A stretch of DNA of 56,943 nucleotides, the filler included, from Acidimicrobiia bacterium (GTDB lineage Bacteria; Actinomycetota; Acidimicrobiia; Spongiisociales; JAHEDJ01), in the NCBI GenBank assembly GCA_029210695.1. It is 2 parts of 2 records of this genome, joined end to end, with 100 filler letters (N's around TTAATTAATTAA, not from the genome) between each part and the next. Parts side by side here need not be neighbours in the genome. Positions count along the whole stretch, not along the records: positions 1 to 28,742 come from JARGFH010000048.1; positions 28,843 to 56,943 come from JARGFH010000049.1. One strand, given 5' to 3'. Position numbers and translations under genes: made by a program. The notes beneath the pieces are model-generated. The model was not told where the DNA came from, did no database searches, and worked only from the letters and a program-made list of their open reading frames with translations. The first letter of the stretch is position 1. Every line of letters begins with the position of its first letter. Shown here one piece after another: positions 21,242-30,331 of this stretch.

Positions 21242-21255
21242 CGAACACACGTTCT
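21242..21255. promoter_or_regulatory. LexA (SOS) box upstream of uvrA
   Basis: CGAAC-ACAC-GTTCT matches the Gram-positive CGAAC-N4-GTTCG consensus with one mismatch; a minus-strand -10 TACACT lies at 21219-21224. Confidence 0.8.
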
Positions 21256-21476
21256 TGCGGGCTCGACTCCAACGATTGCCTGCGGAGGGAGGCGATCACT
21301 TCCGCCCCCGTCGGCGGCGAATCCCACATACGTCGCCGGGCGCCGCTGGCCCCTCACTGACGGACCGAAAGGCGCCGCGGGAGCGCTGGGAGACTACCGA
21401 TGGATGAACCCAACCGAAGACGCTGGCCACTTGTCCGCGAGTAAGCAGCCCAGCGAAGCTCGAACCCTAGGTCAAA

Positions 21477-21641
21477 TCACCATGATCGCGCTGGCGCAGG
21501 GTCAGATGTGAAGAAGCGCTGACTGATGCTCTTCCATGGATATCGAATGAAGGCCGTCATCTCTGCCAGACCACCGAGCGCGAACTGTCGGATAAAACCG
21601 CCGGTACCTGGATCGATGTAGCTGACGATCCCCCTGCTCAT
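21477..21641 (-). CDS. Small 54-aa YIDPGTG-motif protein, not in the ORF track
   Basis: [54 protein letters not shown]; its ATG overlaps the upstream TGA (ATGA). Confidence 0.65.
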   Translation of the reverse strand: MSRGIVSYIDPGTGGFIRQFALGGLAEMTAFIRYPWKSISQRFFTSDPAPARSW

Positions 21642-23194
21642 GAGTCAACCGCTGTTGTGTATTCCAATTCCGTCACCACCCCTGGGCTCGAGTCGACTGG
21701 ATAGATGTACATTTCGGGATGCGCTCTGATCGGATCTTCTCCGGTCAGGCACGCAAACACGATTCGGAAGAGATCTGGCAACATCAAGTTTGACCCTTGA
21801 ACCGCGTCGCATCCGGGAATCCGCAATGCTGTAAGTACCGACATCCTTTCATACACTGCATCGGCGCTCCAGTCGCCGGGCTGAAGAGATAATTGTCCAG
21901 CAGAATCTGAACCGTGATCGCCTGTGATTATCACGATATCGGAGTCGCTCACAGCATCGAGGAACGCTCCGAGCCGTACGTTCACGCATTCAATCTGTTG
22001 TAGATACGCGTCGACTCGTCGCTCAAGGAGCGCACTTCCTGCCAACCCAGGGTTCCCGAGCGCCCCTCCCGCCATCTTGGGATCTGCCACAAGCTCACAG
22101 TTGCGATTGAGAAACATGGGCGGGTGTGGGAGGGGAATATGGGCGAAGACGAACCGAGGATCTTGACTCTCTGTCTCAGAGACAACCTGCAGATCTTCGA
22201 GCGCACGAAGACCGTTGAAAGTGAACGCGCTTCCGAACCGGCGCTGAAACCAACGAGAGAAGATCGACCTCTCGATGAGGATACCGGACGCTTCATCGAT
22301 GAATCCCGCATCGAGGCAAAGGTCCACGGCCTCACCACACCGGGTTCCGTCCCATCCGCTCTCAATGTGGACGTATTGGTACCCAGCGTCAGTGAATGCT
22401 TCAACCACCGGATTCGCGCCACCCATGATCCCGTGAAGAGCGGCGCGCTCGCGATCAGTCGGTCGGTACCCCTTGGTACCGACATGACTCATGGTCAACA
22501 TCGATGAGATGGATGCGACAGTGGAACTGTACCCAGTCCTCGCGTCAGCTATCACGTGAAGGCCATGGCGTTCAAAGACGTCTAGGTCGAGTTCATAGCT
22601 GAACATCGAGCGTAAGACATCTGCCCTCGCATAGCCATCTACGACAACAAGATACACGTCATTTCGACCATCTGGCAGTGATGGCGCAGAAGTCCGATCA
22701 ATCGGTGGTTGTACCGCATCACCCAGATACCACAAAGACAACCCGGCAAGTGAAGGCACAATGATGACTCCAGCCATCACGATTACCGCCAGCCCGAACT
22801 CGCGACGGTCCCCGAGTCGAAGCACTACTCCGATCAGGACGCTCGCAACGGCCAACGCAACGAAATCCCCCGGTACAGAACGGAGGGAAGCAACATCGGG
22901 GAGAGCCCCGGCGATGAGCTGCCAATTCGACATCAAGAAGACTCCAACTGCAGCAAGCCCTGCCGCTCGACCGAGTTTGAGAAACCGGCCAAGCGCGATC
23001 AGGATAAGGATCCCAAGGCAGGAGGTCCCTGCGGCAATGCCGAGAAGCTTCCACCCGGAAGCGCCGCGTGGAGCATTCGTTGCCCAGAATGACAGGGCAG
23101 GGGCGACACAGAAGAGCGACACGAATAACAGCGCTCGGGCCCAGCTTGTGGAAGATTCTTCGCCATCTGCCTGGCGTGTCACCTTCTCACGCAT
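21638..23194 (-). CDS. Membrane-anchored sulfatase-like / alkaline-phosphatase-superfamily hydrolase or transferase
   Basis: Five N-terminal TM helices; [31 protein letters not shown]. Confidence 0.8.
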   Translation of the reverse strand: MREKVTRQADGEESSTSWARALLFVSLFCVAPALSFWATNAPRGASGWKLLGIAAGTSCLGILILIALGRFLKLGRAAGLAAVGVFLMSNWQLIAGALPDVASLRSVPGDFVALAVASVLIGVVLRLGDRREFGLAVIVMAGVIIVPSLAGLSLWYLGDAVQPPIDRTSAPSLPDGRNDVYLVVVDGYARADVLRSMFSYELDLDVFERHGLHVIADARTGYSSTVASISSMLTMSHVGTKGYRPTDRERAALHGIMGGANPVVEAFTDAGYQYVHIESGWDGTRCGEAVDLCLDAGFIDEASGILIERSIFSRWFQRRFGSAFTFNGLRALEDLQVVSETESQDPRFVFAHIPLPHPPMFLNRNCELVADPKMAGGALGNPGLAGSALLERRVDAYLQQIECVNVRLGAFLDAVSDSDIVIITGDHGSDSAGQLSLQPGDWSADAVYERMSVLTALRIPGCDAVQGSNLMLPDLFRIVFACLTGEDPIRAHPEMYIYPVDSSPGVVTELEYTTAVDS

Positions 23195-25190
23195 CTGCCA
23201 GATCTCGTAGCTCTCTCTTCAATTCTCTTATCTCGTCACGCAATCGGGCTGCGTACTCGAAGCGCAGTTCCTTGGCGGCCTCATGCATCTCCTCTTCGAG
23301 GCTCTGCACCAGGCGGCGGAGATCATCCCCCCCGAGGTCGAGTGGTTTCCGGGACTCTACTTCGGTCCGCCGCCGCTCAACGGAGCCCTGCTGAGATTGG
23401 ACCAACTCGAGGATGTCGGAAATCTTCTTGCGTATAGTCTGCGGGTCGATTCCATGTTCCCGGTTGTGCTCGGCCTGAATCCCGCGGCGCCGATTGGTTT
23501 CATTGAGAGCCCGCTGCATCGACTTGGTGACTTCATCCGCATACATGATCACCTGGCCGTCGATGTTGCGAGCAGCCCGCCCGACCGTCTGAATCAGGCT
23601 GGTCTCCGAGCGGAGGAAACCCTCCTTGTCGGCGTCCAGGATGGCTACGAGCGACACCTCCGGCAGGTCGAGGCCCTCACGCAGCAGGTTGATCCCTACC
23701 AACACGTCGAACTCCCCCAGCCGGAGATCCCGGAGAATCTGGACGCGTTCCAGCGTATCGATCTCGGAATGCAGATACCGGGCCCTGACCCCCATCTCAA
23801 GCAAGTACTCGGTGAGATCCTCCGACATCTTTTTCGTGAGCGTGGTGACCAGCACCCGCTGATCGGCATCCGTGCGTTGCCCGATCTCATGCAACAGGTC
23901 GTCAATCTGGCCCATCGTCGGCCGAACGATCACCTCGGGATCGACGAGGCCGGTGGGCCTGATGATCTGTTCAACAACTTGCGCTGAGCGTTGAAGTTCG
24001 AACGGCCCCGGCGTAGCCGACAAGAAAACGATTTGCGGTGACTTCTCGAGCCATTCATCGAACCGAAGGGGTCGGTTATCCATCGCCGAGGGCAGGCGGA
24101 ATCCATGCTCAACCAGCGACTCCTTGCGCGACCGGTCACCCTCGAACTGCCCGTGTAGTTGTGGAATCGTGACATGGCTTTCGTCGAGCACGGTTAGGAA
24201 GCCTTCGGGGAAGTAGTCGAGCAACGTGTAAGGCGCCTCTCCGGCCTGACGGCCGTCGAGGTAGCGGCTGTAGTTCTCGATACCGGAGCAGAATCCGATC
24301 TCTCGCATCATTTCGAGGTCGTACGAGGTCCGCATCCGCAATCGCTGGGCCTCGAGCAACTTGCCGGCGCCTTCGAGGTCGGCCAGGCGCTCCGCTAGCT
24401 CAGCTTCGATGCCCTTGATCGACTCCTCCAGACGCTCACGAGTCGTGACATAGTGGGTGGCCGGGAACACGAAGAGTTCCGCTATCTCCTCGATCACCTC
24501 TCCGGTGACGGGATTCATCCGCAGAATCCGTTCGACTTCGTCACCCCAGTACTCGACCCGCGTCACCGTCTCCTCGTAAGACGGGAAGACTTCCAGCGTG
24601 TCACCCCGCACGCGGAACTTGCCACGAACCAGGTTGACCTCGTTCCGTTCGTACTGGATGTCGACGAGACGGCGGATGGCGTCGTTCAGCGGGAACTCGA
24701 CCCCCTTCACCAATCGGAGAAGCTGCCCGGAATACTGCTCCGGTGTGCCCAACCCGTAGATCGCCGACACCGAAGCGACAATGACCACATCGTTCCGTAC
24801 GAGCAGGGCACTCGTGGCCGCATGTCGCAACCGGTCGATCTCGTCGTTGACCGTTGCGTCCTTCTCGATGAAGGTGTCGGTCTGTGGGAGGTAGGCCTCC
24901 GGTTGGTAGTAGTCGTAGTAGCTCACGAAATACTCGACTCGGTTCTCCGGGAAGAACTGGCGGAACTCGTTGGCCAATTGGGCAGCCAGAGCCTTGTTCG
25001 GGGCGAGAATCAACGTCGGCTTTTGAACCTTCTCGATCAGCCAGGCGATGGTCGCCGACTTGCCGGATCCAGTGATGCCCAGCAGCGTTTGGAACCGATC
25101 TCCGCGCCCAATGCCGTCGACGAGTTGGCTGATTGCCTCCGGTTGATCACCGGCAGGCTCGTATTCGCTGATCACTCTGAACTCGGGCAC
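23187..25190 (-). CDS. uvrB: Excinuclease ABC subunit B
   Basis: [39 protein letters not shown]-terminal UVR domain. Confidence 0.98.
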   Translation of the reverse strand: MPEFRVISEYEPAGDQPEAISQLVDGIGRGDRFQTLLGITGSGKSATIAWLIEKVQKPTLILAPNKALAAQLANEFRQFFPENRVEYFVSYYDYYQPEAYLPQTDTFIEKDATVNDEIDRLRHAATSALLVRNDVVIVASVSAIYGLGTPEQYSGQLLRLVKGVEFPLNDAIRRLVDIQYERNEVNLVRGKFRVRGDTLEVFPSYEETVTRVEYWGDEVERILRMNPVTGEVIEEIAELFVFPATHYVTTRERLEESIKGIEAELAERLADLEGAGKLLEAQRLRMRTSYDLEMMREIGFCSGIENYSRYLDGRQAGEAPYTLLDYFPEGFLTVLDESHVTIPQLHGQFEGDRSRKESLVEHGFRLPSAMDNRPLRFDEWLEKSPQIVFLSATPGPFELQRSAQVVEQIIRPTGLVDPEVIVRPTMGQIDDLLHEIGQRTDADQRVLVTTLTKKMSEDLTEYLLEMGVRARYLHSEIDTLERVQILRDLRLGEFDVLVGINLLREGLDLPEVSLVAILDADKEGFLRSETSLIQTVGRAARNIDGQVIMYADEVTKSMQRALNETNRRRGIQAEHNREHGIDPQTIRKKISDILELVQSQQGSVERRRTEVESRKPLDLGGDDLRRLVQSLEEEMHEAAKELRFEYAARLRDEIRELKRELRDLADA

Positions 25191-25226
25191 GGGGATCAGC
25201 CTAAACCAGTCCGGCGGCTGCGAGGC

Positions 25227-25802
25227 CTAGCCCCACAAGTGCTCGATCAACTCCTCGACTTCCGCCTGCAGCGCATCGAAATGGCCATCATTGTTCACGA
25301 CCCAATCTGCCGATTCGAGCCATTCTGCGCGCGACGGCTGCGCCATCATGCGAACGTCGATGTCCCGCTCCTTCATTCCGCGGTCCCGCAGGCGGCGGCG
25401 CCGCACTTCGTCCGAGGCGTCGACGATCACCCGCATCCACGAACCGGGCAAGAAGTCCGACATCAACGGAACCTCGACCGCGACTATTGAAGCGTCGGAT
25501 TCCGCCACGAGTCGCATGATGCGTTCACGAATCGCCGGATGAGATATGGACTCGAGGCGATGCAAGGCGACCGGATCATCGAACACGACGGCGGCAAGGC
25601 GACCACGATCGATCCTGCCCTCCTTGAGCACCGACGGCCACTCCTCGACTACCTTCGCATAGGCCTCCCCGTCTGGCTCCAGAACCTCGTGGCCAATGGA
25701 GTCCGCGTCGATTGCTTCGATCCCTCGCTCCCTGAGAAGCCCAGCCACAGCAGATTTCCCGGACCCGATCCCACCGCTCAACAAGATGTGCCGTCTCATC
25801 AT
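25227..25802 (-). CDS. coaE: Dephospho-CoA kinase
   Basis: LSGGIGSGKS, IDAD, IDRGRLA, LESISHP, EVPL; canonical position upstream of uvrB. Confidence 0.93.
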   Translation of the reverse strand: MMRRHILLSGGIGSGKSAVAGLLRERGIEAIDADSIGHEVLEPDGEAYAKVVEEWPSVLKEGRIDRGRLAAVVFDDPVALHRLESISHPAIRERIMRLVAESDASIVAVEVPLMSDFLPGSWMRVIVDASDEVRRRRLRDRGMKERDIDVRMMAQPSRAEWLESADWVVNNDGHFDALQAEVEELIEHLWG

Positions 25803-25830
25803 TGGAGATGACTGTACCCTGCAATGAATC

Positions 25831-27336
25831 ATGGATACCTCAGCTCCCTGGGAAGACCGCTTCGAGCGAGTTGTCCAGCTGCTGTACTGGCTGACCCTCG
25901 CACTCGGCGTCTTCCTCGTCTTCTTCAAGATCGGCACGGAGCCTCGCGCCTATACAGCCGTGGGCCTCTGCGGTGCCTACGTTGTCTTCATTTCTGTTCT
26001 CCCCAGGAAACTCGCTCGTCGCGACCTCATTCGCCAAACAATCATCGTGATTGGCGCCGCGTCGAGCATGACGGCCGTCGGGTTGACCGGTGGTCTCGAC
26101 AGTCCCTTTCTGCTCTTTGCCCTCATCCCGGTACTCGACTCGGCGGTCGTGGGCGGGTTCCGGGCAGGGCTGGGCGCCGCCGCCCTGTCTGCTGGGATCC
26201 TCACGAGTCTCGTTCTTCCGGTCACCGACCCGAATTGGGCGACACTCGTCCAATGGGTGGTCTTGTTCCTCCTGGTCGCCGTGACCTTCGGGTATGCAAA
26301 CCGCTTGCTGATACAACAGGGCATTCAGTTCACCGCACTAGCCGCCGCAACTGCAGAGACGAGTTCGCGACTCGAACGTCTCGAAACGGCTCACGCCCTC
26401 TTAACCAGACTCGCAGCCCAGGCTGAAGCAGCCGAATTGAACCCGATTGAGGTTGGTAACGCCGCCCTCGAATCGGCCAGGGTGATCGTTCCCTTCACTG
26501 CTGCCAATGTCTCACTGGCGAGCGATTCCGGACCGGTCGTCGTTGCCCGAATGGGCGATGCCCCCGATCATTCCGTCACGACACTCGTTTCGCTCCGTGT
26601 GGGTGAACGTGAAGTCGGTTCGGTGGTGCTGGCCACGGACCATGAAGTGACACAACGCCAGAAGGACGCACTTGATGCCGCGCTGCAACCGGCCGGGCTG
26701 GCCTTCGCCAACGTGCTGCTTCTCCAATCCATCGCGCGTACGGCAATCAAAGAGGAACGAATCCGGCTGGCTCGCGATTTGCATGACGATATCGGCCCAT
26801 CGCTCGCCTCGCTCGGGCTCGCACTCGATCTGGCCGGGCTACAGCACCACGCGGAACCGGTTCTGGCCGCACATCTCCAGGACCTGCGCGATTCCGTCGG
26901 CGATCTGGTTGAGAATGTCCGCACGACCGTTGCCGACCTACGGGTTCCCGATGAGGTGCCCAGCATCCGCGAAGTCGTGTTCGATATTATTCGCGGGCGT
27001 CCGGGATCCCAACCGGCCGTCCTATTCCAACTCAATGAACGACATCAAGCGCGGCCGTCCATCGCCGCCGATGTCAATGCGATCGTGATGGAAGTGATCC
27101 GAAATGCTATCCGTCACTCTAACGCCTCAACTATCACTATCCGTGGCACGGTGGATTTCGAGTCCGGCGCCATCGAAATAGCCGACAACGGCAGCGGATT
27201 TCAGGCAGACAACATCCCAGCCGGCCATTTCGGCCTCATCGGGATTCACGAACGAGCGAGCAGAATCAAGGCAGATGTCAGTCTGGACTCGACAAGCGCA
27301 GGAACCACGTTCCTCATTCGCTGGGGTAGACGATGA
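25831..27336 (+). CDS. Membrane sensor histidine kinase (HisKA_3 type)
   Basis: N-terminal TM bundle, EERIRLARDLHD, EVIRNAIRHS, DNGSGF, GHFGLIGIHERA. Confidence 0.92.
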   Translation: MDTSAPWEDRFERVVQLLYWLTLALGVFLVFFKIGTEPRAYTAVGLCGAYVVFISVLPRKLARRDLIRQTIIVIGAASSMTAVGLTGGLDSPFLLFALIPVLDSAVVGGFRAGLGAAALSAGILTSLVLPVTDPNWATLVQWVVLFLLVAVTFGYANRLLIQQGIQFTALAAATAETSSRLERLETAHALLTRLAAQAEAAELNPIEVGNAALESARVIVPFTAANVSLASDSGPVVVARMGDAPDHSVTTLVSLRVGEREVGSVVLATDHEVTQRQKDALDAALQPAGLAFANVLLLQSIARTAIKEERIRLARDLHDDIGPSLASLGLALDLAGLQHHAEPVLAAHLQDLRDSVGDLVENVRTTVADLRVPDEVPSIREVVFDIIRGRPGSQPAVLFQLNERHQARPSIAADVNAIVMEVIRNAIRHSNASTITIRGTVDFESGAIEIADNGSGFQADNIPAGHFGLIGIHERASRIKADVSLDSTSAGTTFLIRWGRR

Positions 27337-27968
27337 TCACCCGAGTGTGCATCGTCGATGACCACCAACTGTTTGCCGACGGTCTGGCCACGGCCCTCAA
27401 CGCCATCCCCGACATGTCCGTGACCGGCGTCTACAGCACCGGCGAGTCGTTCCTCGAAGCACTTGAGGCCGGCATCCTCGTCGATGTCATTCTCCTGGAT
27501 CTGGAGATGCCGGGTCTGACCGGTCTTGACGTACTGGCCTCGCCTCTGACCCAACCGCCGGCCATTCTCGTGACCATGCACACGGGTGATGCAGAACGAC
27601 GGCGCGCTGTTGATCTCGGTGCCGCCGGATTCCTCTCGAAATCTACGCCACTTCTCGACCTGGCCGCCGCCATTCGTGCCGTCGCAGACGGACGGCTGGT
27701 ACATTCAGACACCACTCTGCGTGAGATATGGAAGGAGTACGGAAGTCCAATCCTCGATCCGGGCGCACAGTCACTCACGCCGCGGGAACGTGAACTCCTC
27801 GGGTTGCTCGCCAGCGGCGTGAGCAGCACCGATGAGCTGTCAGATCGCCTGTACATATCGCAAAAGACGGTGAAGAACCACCTTGCCAGCATCTACGAGA
27901 AACTGGCGGTATCGGATCGTGCCCAGGCGGCGGTCGAGGCCATCCGTCTCGGTCTCCACTCAGAATAG
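27333..27968 (+). CDS. NarL/LuxR-family response regulator
   Basis: IVDDH, LLDLEMP, LTPRE..ISQKTVKNHLASIYEKL; ATGA overlap with the kinase. Confidence 0.94.
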   Translation: MITRVCIVDDHQLFADGLATALNAIPDMSVTGVYSTGESFLEALEAGILVDVILLDLEMPGLTGLDVLASPLTQPPAILVTMHTGDAERRRAVDLGAAGFLSKSTPLLDLAAAIRAVADGRLVHSDTTLREIWKEYGSPILDPGAQSLTPRERELLGLLASGVSSTDELSDRLYISQKTVKNHLASIYEKLAVSDRAQAAVEAIRLGLHSE

Positions 27969-27982
27969 GTCATCCGACCTAT
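27965..27982. promoter_or_regulatory. Perfect 7-4-7 palindrome upstream of the flp genes
   Basis: ATAGGTC-ATCC-GACCTAT; possible -10 TACCGT at 28006-28011. Confidence 0.55.
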
Positions 27983-28048
27983 GGCGTGCCGCACACTCTC
28001 GGTGGTACCGTTACGGAGCCAATCGAACCCGAGAAGGAGAGGCAACAT

Positions 28049-28219
28049 ATGCTTGCATTGCAGACTTGGCTCCAGGCCCGGTGGTCTGATGACACCGGCG
28101 CTGCCATGGTGGAATACGCTCTGCTGGTCGTGCTGATCGCCATCGTGGCGTTGGTCGCGGTCGGACTCACAGGTACCGCCGTTTCCAGCACATTCAACAA
28201 CGTCGCTACTCACCTGTAA
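28049..28219 (+). CDS. flp: Flp (Tad-type) pilin 1
   Basis: RBS AAGGAG; DDTG|AAMVEYALL processing motif followed by a hydrophobic helix. Confidence 0.92.
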   Translation: MLALQTWLQARWSDDTGAAMVEYALLVVLIAIVALVAVGLTGTAVSSTFNNVATHL

Positions 28220-28227
28220 GGATCAGG

Positions 28228-28380
28228 GTGCTGCGACTGCTCACCAACGAGGACGGAGCCAACCTCATCGAATACGGTATTCTGGTGGTGTTGATTGCGA
28301 TCGTCGCTTTGCTGGCAGTCCAGTCAGTCGGTCAAGAAACGTCATCGATGTTTGCCGACATCCACACCGGATTCCCATAG
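28228..28380 (+). CDS. flp: Flp pilin 2 (50 aa, not in the ORF track)
   Basis: GTG start after AAGGA; MLRLLTNEDG|ANLIEYGILVVLIAIVALLAVQSVGQETSSMFADIHTGFP. Confidence 0.88.
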   Translation: MLRLLTNEDGANLIEYGILVVLIAIVALLAVQSVGQETSSMFADIHTGFP

Positions 28381-28403
28381 GACGAAGTTGACGACAACCA
28401 CAT

Positions 28404-28742
28404 TCATGGTGTGATAGGCCCCGGTTCCCGGGGCCTATCACTTCTTAGAACCACAAAGAAGTCGTCACTGAAGACCTCGACCCATCCCTCGGCCTCGAGC
28501 GTCCCGACCAAGCCGTCGGTTTTATCCAACAGAGCCTGCTGAATATCCCATTCCTCCTGGGCTGCCCTCCATGCCAGTGCTCCCAACCTCACCTTCGCCA
28601 CTCTCTCGAAGAACTCCCCGCCGTAGAGTTCCGCACGATCGTCGACGAAGACGCGCACGGCCGGACTGACGCCGCTCGCTGAAATTCCCCAGGGTTGCTC
28701 ATCGAAATTCCTCACCTTGGGTTGGGTTTGGATGCTAGTTGT
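28404..28742 (-). CDS. C-terminal fragment of a hypothetical protein truncated at the contig end
   Basis: RVFVDDRAELYG..GWVEVFSDD recalls C-termini of large GT-C-like membrane proteins; the 5' part is not visible. Confidence 0.5.
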   Translation of the reverse strand, partial: TTSIQTQPKVRNFDEQPWGISASGVSPAVRVFVDDRAELYGGEFFERVAKVRLGALAWRAAQEEWDIQQALLDKTDGLVGTLEAEGWVEVFSDDFFVVLRSDRPREPGPITP

Positions 28743-28842
28743 NNNNNNNNNNNNNNNNNNNNNNNNNNNNNNNNNNNNNNNNNNNNTTAATTAATTAANN
28801 NNNNNNNNNNNNNNNNNNNNNNNNNNNNNNNNNNNNNNNNNN
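28743..28842. other. Artificial contig-joining spacer
   Basis: 44 N + TTAATTAATTAA (stop codons in all six frames) + 44 N. Confidence 0.97.
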
Positions 28843-28914
28843 TCCAGTGTGACCGAAAACGACCTCGAACGCGAGCACCCCCGACCCACAACCACCAACT
28901 TTTTCGGCAGCCAC

Positions 28915-29514
28915 CTAGGGGAGCGGGCCTGCGCCCCGACCCCTCCGTTCGGGATCCCCGGCCTTCTCCGGCGCCCTCCACCGTTCAGCCGTCATCCGAT
29001 ACAAAACGTGGCGTCGCAAAGGACTCCCGGCAGGGATGCTGGGGTGGTCGAAGTCATCGGCAGGGTCGTGGGTCATTCCCAGACGTTCCATCACTGCAAT
29101 CGAGCGCACGTTGGCCGGGATCGTGAAGGAAACCACCTCTTCGAGCCCGGCTCCCTCGAATCCGAACCCCAAGGCGCCCCGCGCCGCCTCGGTGGCATAA
29201 CCCTCGCCCCAGGAACCTCTGTCGAGCCGCCACCCGATTTCGATCGCAGGTGTGAAATGGGCGTCGAAGCTTGTGGGCCATAGGCCTGTGAACCCCACGA
29301 AATCGCCGACGCCCTTCAACTCGACGGCCCACAGCCCGAACCCCCAGATCTTGAAACCTTCTTCGATCCGCTCGATGAACGCATCGGACTTGTCTCTCGA
29401 AAGAGGGGCGACCATGTGGCGCATGACTTCTGGATCCGCGTTCATGACCGCGAACGGCTCGCGGTCGGACTCGCGCCAGCGGCGGAGGATTAGTCGGTCC
29501 GTGCGGATTTCCAT
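28915..29514 (-). CDS. GNAT N-acetyltransferase (RimJ/RimL family)
   Basis: TDRLILRRW, EIGWRL..WGEGYATEAA, NVRSIAVMERLGM. Confidence 0.92.
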   Translation of the reverse strand: MEIRTDRLILRRWRESDREPFAVMNADPEVMRHMVAPLSRDKSDAFIERIEEGFKIWGFGLWAVELKGVGDFVGFTGLWPTSFDAHFTPAIEIGWRLDRGSWGEGYATEAARGALGFGFEGAGLEEVVSFTIPANVRSIAVMERLGMTHDPADDFDHPSIPAGSPLRRHVLYRMTAERWRAPEKAGDPERRGRGAGPLP

Positions 29515-29544
29515 CAAACCATCGTAGGAAAGGGCGGCGGCCAA

Positions 29545-29602
29545 ACCCGTTTTCGCGCGGGATTCCCACCCCATAGGGGGAGATCCCCGCGCGAAAACGG
29601 GT
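29545..29602. repeat. Long intergenic inverted repeat (REP-like)
   Basis: ACCCGTTTTCGCGCGGG ... CCCGCGCGAAAACGGGT, perfect 17-bp arms. Confidence 0.8.
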
Positions 29603-29610
29603 ATGGACAT

Positions 29611-29640
29611 GGAAAAGGCCCCGCCGGTTGGCGGGGCCTT
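29611..29640 (-). terminator. Intrinsic terminator of the DUF1269 gene
   Basis: AAGGCCCCGCC-ggtt-GGCGGGGCCTT stem ending in a short T run on the minus strand. Confidence 0.7.
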
Positions 29641-29700
29641 CTCTTGGCAGCGGGAATCGCAGCGGAGGGAGGGAAGGGGAGTTCCCGCTCCAAGGCTTGG

Positions 29701-30210
29701 TCAGGCTGCGCTCGATAGTGCCTCCTCGAACTGCTCGCGAGTTCCGGCATCGAAGGTCGTGTGGAGGATTCGACCGTCGAATCGCCGAAGCTCCCGAATC
29801 AGATGCGTCGGGTAGGCGTCCTTCACCAGGAAGAACGCAGCGGCGCTTCCTGAGCGGAGATTCTGCCCGAACGCTTTCATCTGTCGGTCGCTGATACCGG
29901 TGTCTGTTCGCCAGGCCCAGAGTGCGCCGAGGGCTGCTCCGATGAGGGCGGCGGGTACTGCGTAGCCGAACCAGAGTCCGGCCAGGAGTCCCCACCAGCT
30001 GCCTCTTAGTGCTCCCTGAGCTGGGTTGGTGTCCCGGGTCTGGAGGATGCGAACCTTGCGGTTGTTGGTCACGATGGCTGCATCCTCCAGGAGCAATGAT
30101 TTGTGCTTCTGCAGGCGAAGGAAGGCGAGCAGGACTTCTCTGGCTTTTAGCTCATCGTCGAATTCGAGGGCAACGAGGTCGCCGGTTGTCTGCTCGGTCG
30201 TGCTGCTCAT
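29701..30210 (-). CDS. DUF1269-family membrane protein
   Basis: LEDAAIV, GALRGSWWGLLAG, DTGISD; RBS GGAAGGA. Confidence 0.8.
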   Translation of the reverse strand: MSSTTEQTTGDLVALEFDDELKAREVLLAFLRLQKHKSLLLEDAAIVTNNRKVRILQTRDTNPAQGALRGSWWGLLAGLWFGYAVPAALIGAALGALWAWRTDTGISDRQMKAFGQNLRSGSAAAFFLVKDAYPTHLIRELRRFDGRILHTTFDAGTREQFEEALSSAA

Positions 30211-30331
30211 GATGATCCTTCCAACTATTTGCGATTCTTTGTTGCTGTCATCTTGTCGAATCATTGTCAGAGAATGGTGAAGGGACCCTGAGACTCAGAT
30301 GAGAAGTCCAGGGGGCTCTACCATTCGGCGG

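Noticed and set aside
18546..25490. Plus-strand ORFs 18546-19220, 20055-21215, 23283-23987 and 24453-25490
   Set aside because: Shadow frames of uvrA, uvrB and coaE.
28743..28842. TTAATTAATTAA within N runs as a biological motif, and gene linkage across it
   Set aside because: It is a symmetric 100-nt artificial linker with stops in six frames; the flanks are separate contigs.
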